The translations under genes were made by a program, and so were the position numbers. The notes beneath the pieces are model-generated. The model saw only the letters and a list, made by a program, of their open reading frames with translations. It was not told the origin of the DNA and searched no databases. DNA of 64,000 bases, taken from NCBI GenBank assembly GCA_035691665.1, contig DASSIS010000007.1, forward strand, positions 1,549 through 65,548, given 5' to 3'. Numbering within the stretch: the first letter of the stretch is position 1; each line of letters starts with the position of its first letter. Source of the DNA: Gammaproteobacteria bacterium. Lineage in GTDB: Bacteria; Pseudomonadota; Gammaproteobacteria; Natronospirales; REEB76. This document shows positions 1 through 8,129 of the stretch, in pieces.

Positions 1-434
1 AGTCCCGGCTGCCGCTCCTCTGGGACCTTCGCCAGGGCGTTTACGTCCAGGGGCCTATGGGGTGGCGCCAGAGCGCTCTCGAGGTGGCGCCATTCCAGCG
101 CCGCCACGTCGCTGAGATAGGGCAAGGAAGATGCTGGCCCATAACCCGCCAGGAAGCGCGGGAAAGCGCCGCCATAGTCCTGGATGTTCCCGCTATGGGA
201 AGGATGCGCCTGGATATAGTCCCAGGCGACCGCAGTGAAGAACTCCTCCCCCACCAGCCGCCGGGTCACGGGATAGACGGCAGAGAGCGCCTCCGTGAGG
301 TTGATACGCATGTTGTTGCGATAGACCTGCAGCCGCCGCGCCGCATCGAGGCCATTGCCCCGCGCTGGCACCTCAGCCTCGCGTCCGACCAGAAATGCCC
401 CGATGCGACACTGCAGCTCAGGCAGCGGCAGCAT
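1..434 (-). CDS. bufC: DUF2063-family protein (BufC-like), C-terminal part cut by window edge
   Basis: Hand translation of minus strand from ATG (432-434): MLPLPELQCRIGAFLVGRE..RRLQVYRNNMRINLTEALSAVYPV..; start overlaps stop of the upstream DUF692 gene by 17 nt; absent from ORF track because it runs off the window. Confidence 0.7.
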   Translation of the reverse strand, partial: MLPLPELQCRIGAFLVGREAEVPARGNGLDAARRLQVYRNNMRINLTEALSAVYPVTRRLVGEEFFTAVAWDYIQAHPSHSGNIQDYGGAFPRFLAGYGPASSLPYLSDVAALEWRHLESALAPPHRPLDVNALAKVPEERQPG

Positions 435-1281
435 GGTGCCTCCGCAACAAGACCTCTGCCTTGCCGGCCTCCGCCAGCAACACCACGAACTCCGGCAAGG
501 CGCTGTCCCACTCGATCAGGGTCGGCTTCGGACCCAGGATCTCCAGGGCGTAGCCGTAGAGCTCCCAGACCGCATCCTTCACGGGGCGGTCGTGGGTGTC
601 GATGAGCAACTCCACGCCCTCCACGCGCTTCTGCAGATGCCCGGCGAGATGGATCTCCTGCACGTCCTTGGCGGGGATGGCGTCGAGGTAGCGGCGCGGA
701 TCGAACCCGTGGTTCACGGCGTTCACATAGATGTTGTTCACGTCGAGCAGGATGCCGCAACCGGCGCGGGCCGCCACCTCCCGCAGGAAATCCCATTCCG
801 GCATGGCGGAGTGTTCGTACTCGAGGTAGCTGGATACGTTCTCGATGAGGATCTGCCTGCCGAGGTATTCCTGCACCTCGGCCACCCGGCCCGCCACGTG
901 CGCCAGCGCCTCATCGGTGTAGGGCAAAGGCAGGAGATCATGGAAATGGCTGCCGCCCTTGGAGGTCCAGCAGAGGTGCTCCGAGACGAGGGCCGGCGCA
1001 TAGCGGTCCACGGCATGCTTGAGTCTGGCGAGATGCTCCTGGTCGAGCGGGTCCGCCGAGCCCAGCGACAGCCCCACTCCGTGGAGGCTCAAGGGATAGT
1101 CGCGCCGTACCCGGTCGAGCTCGGTCACGGCGCGGCCGCCGGCGGCGAAGTAGTTTTCGCTGTGCACCTCGAGCCAAGCCACCTCAGGGCGCTCCTGCAG
1201 CAGGACCTGCATGTGGGGTGCGCGCAGGCCGATGCCGGCACGGGCCGGCAAGAGAGGCTGCACGGGGAGCGCGGTGTCCAT
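418..1281 (-). CDS. bufB: DUF692 / MbnB-like iron enzyme (BufB-like RiPP maturase)
   Basis: 287 aa; GIGLR..LLQERPEVAWLEVHSENYF..LSLHGVGLSLGS..VSEHLCW..LLDVNNIYVNAVNHGFD typical UPF0276/DUF692 TIM-barrel signature; sits between DUF2282 and DUF2063 genes. Confidence 0.85.
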   Translation of the reverse strand: MDTALPVQPLLPARAGIGLRAPHMQVLLQERPEVAWLEVHSENYFAAGGRAVTELDRVRRDYPLSLHGVGLSLGSADPLDQEHLARLKHAVDRYAPALVSEHLCWTSKGGSHFHDLLPLPYTDEALAHVAGRVAEVQEYLGRQILIENVSSYLEYEHSAMPEWDFLREVAARAGCGILLDVNNIYVNAVNHGFDPRRYLDAIPAKDVQEIHLAGHLQKRVEGVELLIDTHDRPVKDAVWELYGYALEILGPKPTLIEWDSALPEFVVLLAEAGKAEVLLRRHHAAAA

Positions 1282-1416
1282 GGTCGTAGAGTCTAGCCCT
1301 TCGGGCTGCCCGGTTTGGGTACCGGTGAAAGACCTGGATCAGGAAGGATTTATTACTTATGGGGATCGGAAGATCCGGTCCCCGCAGAGCGGGGACCGGA
1401 TGATGCGAGCGCGCGA

Positions 1417-1695
1417 TCAGCCCTTCTTCTTGGCCGGAGCAGCCGGGGCCAAAGAACCGCCGGCGATCTTGGTGCACAGGCCCTTCGGCAGGTTGATGAA
1501 GGCGTCCGGCTGGCGGTCCTTCTCAGCGGTGCCGGCGCAGGAGTTGCTGGCGGTCTGGCAGTCGTTCTTGCCGGCCGCGGCCACGCCATAGCACTTCTCC
1601 TGGGGGGCGCTGTCGGCGGCGACGGCGGACACGGCCGCGAGGGTCACCACAGCGGCCACGGCCGCGCCGATGGCGAGCTTGATGTTCTTGTCCAT
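1417..1695 (-). CDS. bufA: DUF2282 signal-peptide protein, bufferin-type RiPP precursor
   Basis: 92 aa; Sec signal peptide (..AAVSAVAA/DS) then EKCYGVAAAGKNDCQTASNSCAG..PKGLCTKI with four Cys in the DUF2282 spacing. Confidence 0.8.
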   Translation of the reverse strand: MDKNIKLAIGAAVAAVVTLAAVSAVAADSAPQEKCYGVAAAGKNDCQTASNSCAGTAEKDRQPDAFINLPKGLCTKIAGGSLAPAAPAKKKG

Positions 1696-2030
1696 GGATC
1701 AATCCTCCAAAGATGGTTTAGGGAGCTAGAGGGGGTGTTTCACAACCAGAGTACTCGAAATCGGCCTCGCCGGAGGCACCCCAGGACCCCGGCCGGATTG
1801 CCATCTAGACCCGACCACCCCCCGCTTTGTTACGGCCAGGGGTGATTTTCCTAGGTAAAACCGCTCCGACCCGTTATAATGCCCCGAGTTTGACGCGACG
1901 CGACCCGGTCTCAAGTCCCGCAAACCGTCGCGGCGTACCCTCCAAAGTATCCCCGATCCCCCTTAAGAGTAATCCGCTGCCTGGACCGGCACGACGCACC
2001 ATGCGTCAGCAGGCGCCCCCAGGAGTAAAC

Positions 2031-3329
2031 ATGTCATTTTCGACCCTCGGCCTATCGGCCGAATTGCTGTGTGCTGTCTCAGAGCAGGGCTATACCGAGC
2101 CCACCCCGGTGCAGGCACGATCCATCCCCTCCATCATCGCCGGTCGCGACCTCCAGGCCGCGGCCCAGACCGGCACCGGCAAGACCGCCGGCTTCACCCT
2201 GCCCCTGCTGCAACGGTTGCATGCAGCCCCGGTCCAGCAGGGCCAGCGCCATCACGTGCGCGCCCTGATCCTCACCCCCACCCGCGAGCTTGCGGCCCAG
2301 GTGGGCGAAAGCGTGCTCGCCTACGGCAAGTATCTGCGCTTCTCGAGCGCGGTGATCTTCGGCGGCGTGAGCATCAACCCCCAGATCGACAAGCTGCGCC
2401 GCGGCGTGGACATCGTCATCGCGACCCCCGGACGGCTTCTGGACCACGTGGAACAGCGCACCATCGACCTCTCCAAGGTCGAGATCCTGGTACTGGACGA
2501 AGCCGACCGCATGCTGGACATGGGATTCATCCGCGACATCCGCCGCGTGCTGGCGCGATTGCCTGCCCAGCGGCAGAACCTGATGTTCTCCGCCACCTTC
2601 TCCGACGACATCCGCAAGCTCGCGGGCGGCATCCTCAAGGATCCGGAAGTCATCGACGTGGCGCCGCGCAACTCCACCGCCGAGCGCATCAGCCAGCGCA
2701 TCTATCCGGTGGACCAGCATCGCAAGCGTGCCCTGCTCTCCCAGCTCATCAAGGAAGGCGACTGGCGGCAGGTGCTGGTGTTCACCCGTACCAAGCACGG
2801 CGCCAACCGCCTGGCCGAGCAGCTCGGCAAGGACGGCATCCAGTCCGTCGCCATCCACGGCAACAAGAGCCAGAACGCCCGCACCCGGGCCCTGGCGGAC
2901 TTCAAGCAGGGCCGCGTCCGAGTGCTGGTGGCTACCGACATCGCGGCCCGCGGCCTCGACATCGACATGCTGCCCCACGTGGTGAACTACGAACTGCCGA
3001 ACGTGCCGGAAGACTACGTGCACCGCATCGGCCGCACCGGGCGGGCCGGTGCCGCCGGTGAGGCAGTCTCCCTGGTGGCGGGCAGCGAGCGCGGCCTGCT
3101 GAAGGACATCGAACGGCTGTTGCGTCAGGAACTGACCAAGACTGTGGTGCCGGGCTTCGAGCCTGGTTCAGGGCCAGCCCCGGAAGCGGAGCCCCGTCCT
3201 GCCCATCACCACCAGAACCGTCGAGGTCATGGCGGTGGACAGCACCGCGGCGGCCACAACCGCCCTGGCTCCCGTGACCATGGTCATGGCCAGCGCGGCA
3301 ACGGCCAACGGCGCAGCAACGGACGCTAA
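2031..3329 (+). CDS. rhlE: DEAD-box ATP-dependent RNA helicase RhlE
   Basis: Q motif [25 protein letters not shown] ([11 protein letters not shown]), [13 protein letters not shown]; RG/H-rich tail; start moved to ATG 2031 behind AGGAG. Confidence 0.9.
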   Translation: MSFSTLGLSAELLCAVSEQGYTEPTPVQARSIPSIIAGRDLQAAAQTGTGKTAGFTLPLLQRLHAAPVQQGQRHHVRALILTPTRELAAQVGESVLAYGKYLRFSSAVIFGGVSINPQIDKLRRGVDIVIATPGRLLDHVEQRTIDLSKVEILVLDEADRMLDMGFIRDIRRVLARLPAQRQNLMFSATFSDDIRKLAGGILKDPEVIDVAPRNSTAERISQRIYPVDQHRKRALLSQLIKEGDWRQVLVFTRTKHGANRLAEQLGKDGIQSVAIHGNKSQNARTRALADFKQGRVRVLVATDIAARGLDIDMLPHVVNYELPNVPEDYVHRIGRTGRAGAAGEAVSLVAGSERGLLKDIERLLRQELTKTVVPGFEPGSGPAPEAEPRPAHHHQNRRGHGGGQHRGGHNRPGSRDHGHGQRGNGQRRSNGR

Positions 3330-3336
3330 ATCGGCT

Positions 3337-3939
3337 TCAAGAACCGGAAGACGTGGAGAGCCGGCTTTGCAGCCGGCTTTTCACGTCTGGCCACTCCTCA
3401 AGGATGATGCTGAAGTAGACCGTGTCCCGCATCCGACCGGTGTGGGTCATCTTATGGCGGCGGAAGATGCCTTCCTGCTTGGCGCCGATCCGCTGGATGG
3501 CGTTGCGGGAACGCTCGTTGAGAGCATCGGTCTTGAGCTCCACCCGCAGGCAACCCATCACCTCGAAAGCATGGCGCAGCATCAGGTACTTGGCCTCGGT
3601 GTTCACCACGCTCCTCTGCCAGGGCTTGCCGATCCAGGTCCAACCGATCTCCACCCGTTGGTCCTCGAGGCTCATGTTGGCGAAGCGGGTGCAACCCACC
3701 ACCTGCCGGTTCGATTTCAGCAGCGTGGCGAAGGGCATGGAGACGCCGCGGCGCTGCTCGTCCAGGGCATCCTGCACGTAAGCCTGCATCTCGTCCGGGT
3801 TGCGCACCGGCATGGGTATCCACTGCCACAGTTCCGGGTCCAGGCCCACAGCACAGAGACCGTCCAGATGGTCCATGGAGAGGGGCTCGAGGCGCACCTC
3901 TCCGCCCTCGAGCACGGTGGGCACGGGTTTGGGCATCAT
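3337..3939 (-). CDS. GNAT family N-acetyltransferase (RimJ/RimL-like)
   Basis: MMPKPVPTVLEGGEVRLEPLSMDH..IEIGWTWIGKPWQRSVVNTEAKYLML..AIQRIGAKQEGIFR; start trimmed to MM at 3939 where the upstream gene stops. Confidence 0.7.
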   Translation of the reverse strand: MMPKPVPTVLEGGEVRLEPLSMDHLDGLCAVGLDPELWQWIPMPVRNPDEMQAYVQDALDEQRRGVSMPFATLLKSNRQVVGCTRFANMSLEDQRVEIGWTWIGKPWQRSVVNTEAKYLMLRHAFEVMGCLRVELKTDALNERSRNAIQRIGAKQEGIFRRHKMTHTGRMRDTVYFSIILEEWPDVKSRLQSRLSTSSGS

Positions 3940-4469
3940 GTGGGTATCCGTGGGCGCAGGAAGATGCGTAGGGTGTAGACGCAGAGGATGCAGACCCCGA
4001 CGCCGATGGTGGCCTCCGAGAAACGCAGGAAGGCGTTGAGCAAGGGCGGGATCTGAGGTGACTGGCCGCTGACCACGGCGATGATCACCACCGTGGCGGC
4101 GGCGAGACGCGCGTATTCGAAGATGTCCAGCACGTAGCAGATGGCGAGGGTGAGACCGGCACAGAAAGCCATGCCCATCACGCCGAACCCGAACAGGGAC
4201 AGGTAGAGGGCGCACAGCAGCGCACCGATGGCGGTGCCTATGGTGCGCAGCAGCGAGGACTTCAGGGTCTCGCGGATGGTGCTCTGCAGGACCACGAGGC
4301 CGGAGATGGCGGACCAGATGCCCCCGATCTCGGCCGAGGCGCCGTGGAAGATGGCGGTGAAGCGGGAGCCCAGGTAGTAGCCCAGCAAGGTGATGAATAT
4401 GCCCTCGAGGCAGACGATGAGCGTCATGCGCCAGGGCTTGCGGAAGATCTCCCGCGGATGCCAGCCCAT
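3936..4469 (-). CDS. small FUSC/aromatic-acid-exporter-like integral membrane protein
   Basis: 177 aa from MGWHPREIF; 4-5 hydrophobic helices; the upstream part of the track ORF is Arg-rich junk overlapping the can gene. Confidence 0.45.
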   Translation of the reverse strand: MGWHPREIFRKPWRMTLIVCLEGIFITLLGYYLGSRFTAIFHGASAEIGGIWSAISGLVVLQSTIRETLKSSLLRTIGTAIGALLCALYLSLFGFGVMGMAFCAGLTLAICYVLDIFEYARLAAATVVIIAVVSGQSPQIPPLLNAFLRFSEATIGVGVCILCVYTLRIFLRPRIPT

Positions 4470-4477
4470 GGCAGCGG

Positions 4478-5128
4478 TCAGAAGAGGCCTCCAGGCATCA
4501 CCCGCTGCTCGATGAACTCCTTGAGTTCCTTCTCGCTGCTGATGCAGATGCCGATGTCCTTGAGGAGACCGCTCTGCAGACGATATACCCAACCGTGCAG
4601 GATCAGCGGCTGTCCGCGCTTCCAGGCATCCTGGACGATGGTGGTACGCGCCACGTGTAGCACCTGCTCGATCACGTTGAGCTCGCACAACCGGTCCATG
4701 CGGGTCTCGTCGTCCGGCCGCGCGGCGAGGTCGTCGGAATACTTCTCCGCCACGTCTTTCACGTGGCGCAGCCAGTTGTCGATGAGTCCGAGGGAGGCAC
4801 CGCGCCAGGCGGCCTGCACGCCGCCGCAACCGTAATGGCCACAGACGATGACGTGCTCCACCTTGAGCACTTCCACGGCGTACTGAAGCACCGAGAGGCA
4901 GTTGAGATCGCTGTGTACCACCACGTTGGCCACGTTCCGATGCACGAACACTTCGCCCGGCATGAGTCCCACGATCTCGTTGGCGGGCACACGGCTGTCG
5001 GCACAGCCGATCCAGAGGTATTTAGGGGACTGCTGCGCAGCAAGGCGCTTGAAGAAATCCGGCTGTTTACGGCTTATGCCCTCGGCCCAGGCACGATTGT
5101 TGGCGAAGAGTTGCGGCAACTTATCCAT
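4478..5128 (-). CDS. can: beta-class carbonic anhydrase
   Basis: LWIGCADSRVPANEIVG..VFVHRNVANVV..VIVCGHYGCGGV zinc ligand motifs (C..D.R..H..C). Confidence 0.9.
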   Translation of the reverse strand: MDKLPQLFANNRAWAEGISRKQPDFFKRLAAQQSPKYLWIGCADSRVPANEIVGLMPGEVFVHRNVANVVVHSDLNCLSVLQYAVEVLKVEHVIVCGHYGCGGVQAAWRGASLGLIDNWLRHVKDVAEKYSDDLAARPDDETRMDRLCELNVIEQVLHVARTTIVQDAWKRGQPLILHGWVYRLQSGLLKDIGICISSEKELKEFIEQRVMPGGLF

Positions 5129-5166
5129 TCTTCATCCCCATGAAACAGCGGCATTCATTACTAGGT

Positions 5167-5886
5167 TCACGCACCGGCAGCATAACCGAAGGACCCCAGG
5201 AAGGCAGCCGCTCGCGGATCCGAGGCCAGGGCTCGATCAATTGCATCGGCTCCCTGCTTTGCCGGCTGTCCCTGGATCGGTCGACAGACCGAGCAGTCTT
5301 CAGGCCACTCGATCCAGAGCATGGCGACCTTGCCGTTCTTGGCCGTGATATATACGAGTATATAGGCGGTGTAGTCCTCTGCCAGGGCCAGATCCTTCAT
5401 CAAGTCATGGGCCAGAAGCGCGGTCGAGACCTTCTGGGTGTAGAGGCGCATCAGCCCCCGAGTCGCGCCTGCATCCCAAGGCTTCTCCTGCTGCAGCACC
5501 ATGGGCTCAAGGCGTGCATCCATGAGCTGCTTGCCGTAGACCTTGAGCGCGTTGTCCGCGATCGTATCGAAGCTCGGTACCGGATGGTTATCCGCGAAGA
5601 AATCCTCCGCGTAGGCCCGGTAATACTCCCCCGGCGCGGTCTGGGGGATGAAGGTCACGAAGGAGATGTCTTGCGGATAGACCTCCTGCACCTCCATGTA
5701 GCGGTAATCGTCACCGCCCTCCTGGAAAGGGGGGGCCACGGTGAACCAGCCGCGTCTGTCATGGTAGACGTTGTCCACGATGCTTCCCTGCAGGGCCCCG
5801 GAGAGCATGATGGGCCCTTGGGGTTGGGGCGGCGGCGCCGCGCAGGCAGCCAGCAGTAGACTGAGAGTTGCGATGGAGGCGCGCAT
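5167..5886 (-). CDS. hypothetical lipoprotein
   Basis: MRASIATLSLLLAACAAPP lipobox; start trimmed to 5886 (ATGA overlap with DUF1272 gene stop). Confidence 0.5.
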   Translation of the reverse strand: MRASIATLSLLLAACAAPPPQPQGPIMLSGALQGSIVDNVYHDRRGWFTVAPPFQEGGDDYRYMEVQEVYPQDISFVTFIPQTAPGEYYRAYAEDFFADNHPVPSFDTIADNALKVYGKQLMDARLEPMVLQQEKPWDAGATRGLMRLYTQKVSTALLAHDLMKDLALAEDYTAYILVYITAKNGKVAMLWIEWPEDCSVCRPIQGQPAKQGADAIDRALASDPRAAAFLGSFGYAAGA

Positions 5887-6134
5887 CAGGCCGGGCGCTC
5901 GGCACAGTTCGGATTGTGTATGCGGACGGTGGAAGCTGGGTATTTTTGCAGCAAGCGCGCTTCCCGCAAGGGCCGCCGCACCAGTTCTCCGCCGCAGTTT
6001 GGGCAATGGCCTTCGAGGCGCCCCTCGGCACAATCCTCACAGAACGTACATTCGAAGGTGCAGATCATGGCCTCGAGTGAACCGGGGGGCAGATCCTTGT
6101 CGCACCATTCGCAGTTGGGACGCATCTCGAGCAT
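5886..6134 (-). CDS. DUF1272 Cys-rich zinc-ribbon-like protein
   Basis: 82 aa MLEMRPNCEWCDKDLPP..AMICTFECTFCEDCA..CPNCGGELVRRP. Confidence 0.7.
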   Translation of the reverse strand: MLEMRPNCEWCDKDLPPGSLEAMICTFECTFCEDCAEGRLEGHCPNCGGELVRRPLREARLLQKYPASTVRIHNPNCAERPA

Positions 6135-6153
6135 GGGTCTACCCTCTTACGGT

Positions 6154-6756
6154 TCAAGGGGATGGGGGTTTGGCCGTGGCCGCTGCCGGTGCAGCGTTGG
6201 TGGTCGACATCAGGATGAAGGGCGATGGCGGCGTGAGGTCGGTGCCGTACAAGCGATTGAGGCATTTCAAGCCCTGGGTGGGATAAGGCACGAACGCCGT
6301 CTGTGCGGGATCGAAGACCCAGGCCTCCCGGATGGCGTCGAACCACTGCTTACTGTGATCGTAGTTCACCACCGCCACCACCCTGGACAGCAAGGGTCCG
6401 TCACCCTGCTTGCAGCTGCCGAGGGCGAACATCTGGTCGTAATCGAGCAAGGTGATGCGCTGCAGGGCCCGCACTCGCCAGGTCTGGGTGGGCGCGCCGG
6501 GGGTGATGTTCTGGTCGGCGCTGAGGAGATAATGATCCCCCTCCCACACCAGTGAGAGCCCCCAGTCGGCGCCCGGATGGGCATCGTCCATCTGCATCAG
6601 GGATTGGTCCACGAGCTGGGCGCCGGGGAAGACGATGAAAGGATCCTGGCCCATGTAGCGGGCCACATCCCGGGAGACGCAGCCGCCGCCCAATAGCATG
6701 AAGCCGCCGATCAGCAACGAGCCTAAGGGATTGCAGGAGCGTGACCGGATCTTCAC
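6154..6756 (-). CDS. hypothetical lipoprotein
   Basis: N-terminal LLIGGFMLLGGGC lipobox; no recognisable domain. Confidence 0.45.
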   Translation of the reverse strand: MKIRSRSCNPLGSLLIGGFMLLGGGCVSRDVARYMGQDPFIVFPGAQLVDQSLMQMDDAHPGADWGLSLVWEGDHYLLSADQNITPGAPTQTWRVRALQRITLLDYDQMFALGSCKQGDGPLLSRVVAVVNYDHSKQWFDAIREAWVFDPAQTAFVPYPTQGLKCLNRLYGTDLTPPSPFILMSTTNAAPAAATAKPPSP

Positions 6757-6930
6757 GGGTCTATTCTAACGTGCGGACACCCTCGGCCGCTTGACTCCGG
6801 AGCGGCAAAGTTTAGGATAGCGGCTCGCGAAACAGAGGTTCCCGTGGTTTACCGTTTCCTCCATCTCCAGCAACAGGCCGACCGACAACCCTGAGGTCCG
6901 GCTTGCGCGTTCGCGCGCACATTTCATCTG

Positions 6931-6960
6931 AAACCGCCGGCCCCCGGCGGTTTTTCGTTT
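6931..6960 (+). promoter_or_regulatory. terminator-like hairpin in the 5' leader of the LysE-family gene (candidate attenuator)
   Basis: AAACCGCCGG-ccc-CCGGCGGTTT followed by TTTTTCGTTT, 22 nt before GGAGG RBS and ATG 6983; no plus-strand gene upstream. Confidence 0.5.
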
Positions 6961-6982
6961 CTGGAGTCTGGAGGATACGCAC

Positions 6983-7594
6983 ATGGTCATGGAATTCTTC
7001 GCACGCGGCGTCGCGATCGGTTTCGCCATCGCCGCCCCCGTAGGCCCCATCGGGATGCTCGTCATACGCCGCACGCTCGCCGAAGACTGCAGCCTGGGCC
7101 TCGTCACAGGACTCGGGGCCGCGGTGGCGGACTCTCTCTACGGCGCCGTAGGCACTTTCGGCCTCAGTTTCATCTCGGGCTTCCTCGTGGACCACGCCTT
7201 CTGGACCCGGCTCATTGGAGGGTTTTTTCTCTGCTGGCTCGGCATCAGTACCTTCCGGGCGCGAGTGCGTGAGGGCGGTGGGGACACAGCGGCGGCGAGC
7301 TATCTCGCGGCTTTCGCCACCACCGTGCTGCTCACCCTCTCCAACCCTCTCACCGTCCTGTCATTCATGGCAGTGTTCGTTGGTCTTGGCTTGGGGATGG
7401 GAACTAGTTATGGGGCGGCGAGCCTGGTGGTGACCGGCGTGTTCCTGGGATCAGCCCTCTGGTGGGTACTGCTCTCCGCCGGAGTGACGCTGTTGCGGCA
7501 CAAGCTGAAGCCTGCTGCCATGCGCTGGATCAACCGGGGCTCGGGCCTGTTCCTGTTCGCCTACGGGCTCGCGGCGCTCGCTCGCGCGGTGTGA
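6983..7594 (+). CDS. LysE/RhtB family amino-acid efflux protein
   Basis: 203 aa, 5-6 TM, N-terminal GVAIGFAIAAPVGPIGMLVIRRTL typical of LysE family. Confidence 0.75.
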   Translation: MVMEFFARGVAIGFAIAAPVGPIGMLVIRRTLAEDCSLGLVTGLGAAVADSLYGAVGTFGLSFISGFLVDHAFWTRLIGGFFLCWLGISTFRARVREGGGDTAAASYLAAFATTVLLTLSNPLTVLSFMAVFVGLGLGMGTSYGAASLVVTGVFLGSALWWVLLSAGVTLLRHKLKPAAMRWINRGSGLFLFAYGLAALARAV

Positions 7595-7601
7595 AGCGGT
7601 C

Positions 7602-8126
7602 TCAGCCGCCGGCGACGCCGGGCAGGATCTTGATGAGTTCGTCGGTCGCTTCCGTGCAGCCCTGCGTCTCGAAGAAACCGCGTCGGTCCTTGACGACGGA
7701 TACGGCGGAACATTGTTTGGCGTTGAAGCGATACTGCAAGGGTGCCTTGCCGTTCATCACTTCGGCCACGGGCGCGTAGAACTCCAGGAACCAGACCTGC
7801 CCGTCGGGCGAGCGGGCGACGGCCCGGCAATAGCCGAAGAAATCGTCGAAGTTCTGGTAACCGAACCGATAGGCCTTGCCGCTGACGAGTGCGGTGCGCG
7901 CGCAACCCATGATGTCGTAGAAGTCCTTGTCGGAAGCGTGCAAAGCGAGGAACCCGCAATCCTGGGCCGCATCGCCGGCGAGCGGCTGCACGATCTCATG
8001 CATCGTTCTGGTGCAGGCCCCGTCCCAGGTATTGCGGTCCAGGGCCGAGCCGGCACCGCCCAAGCTGCTGCAACCGGCGCAGGAGAGTGTGGCAAGCAGC
8101 AGGGTCTTGTGGATGGGTTTCAGCAT
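7602..8126 (-). CDS. hypothetical lipoprotein
   Basis: MLKPIHKTLLLATLSCAGCSS lipobox; Cys-rich periplasmic domain. Confidence 0.45.
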   Translation of the reverse strand: MLKPIHKTLLLATLSCAGCSSLGGAGSALDRNTWDGACTRTMHEIVQPLAGDAAQDCGFLALHASDKDFYDIMGCARTALVSGKAYRFGYQNFDDFFGYCRAVARSPDGQVWFLEFYAPVAEVMNGKAPLQYRFNAKQCSAVSVVKDRRGFFETQGCTEATDELIKILPGVAGG

Positions 8127-8129
8127 GGC

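Noticed and set aside
1827-2030. 68-codon N-terminal extension of RhlE
   Set aside because: The ATG at 2031 is preceded by AGGAG, and the helicase Q-motif region starts right after it. The extension has no similarity to helicase N-termini.
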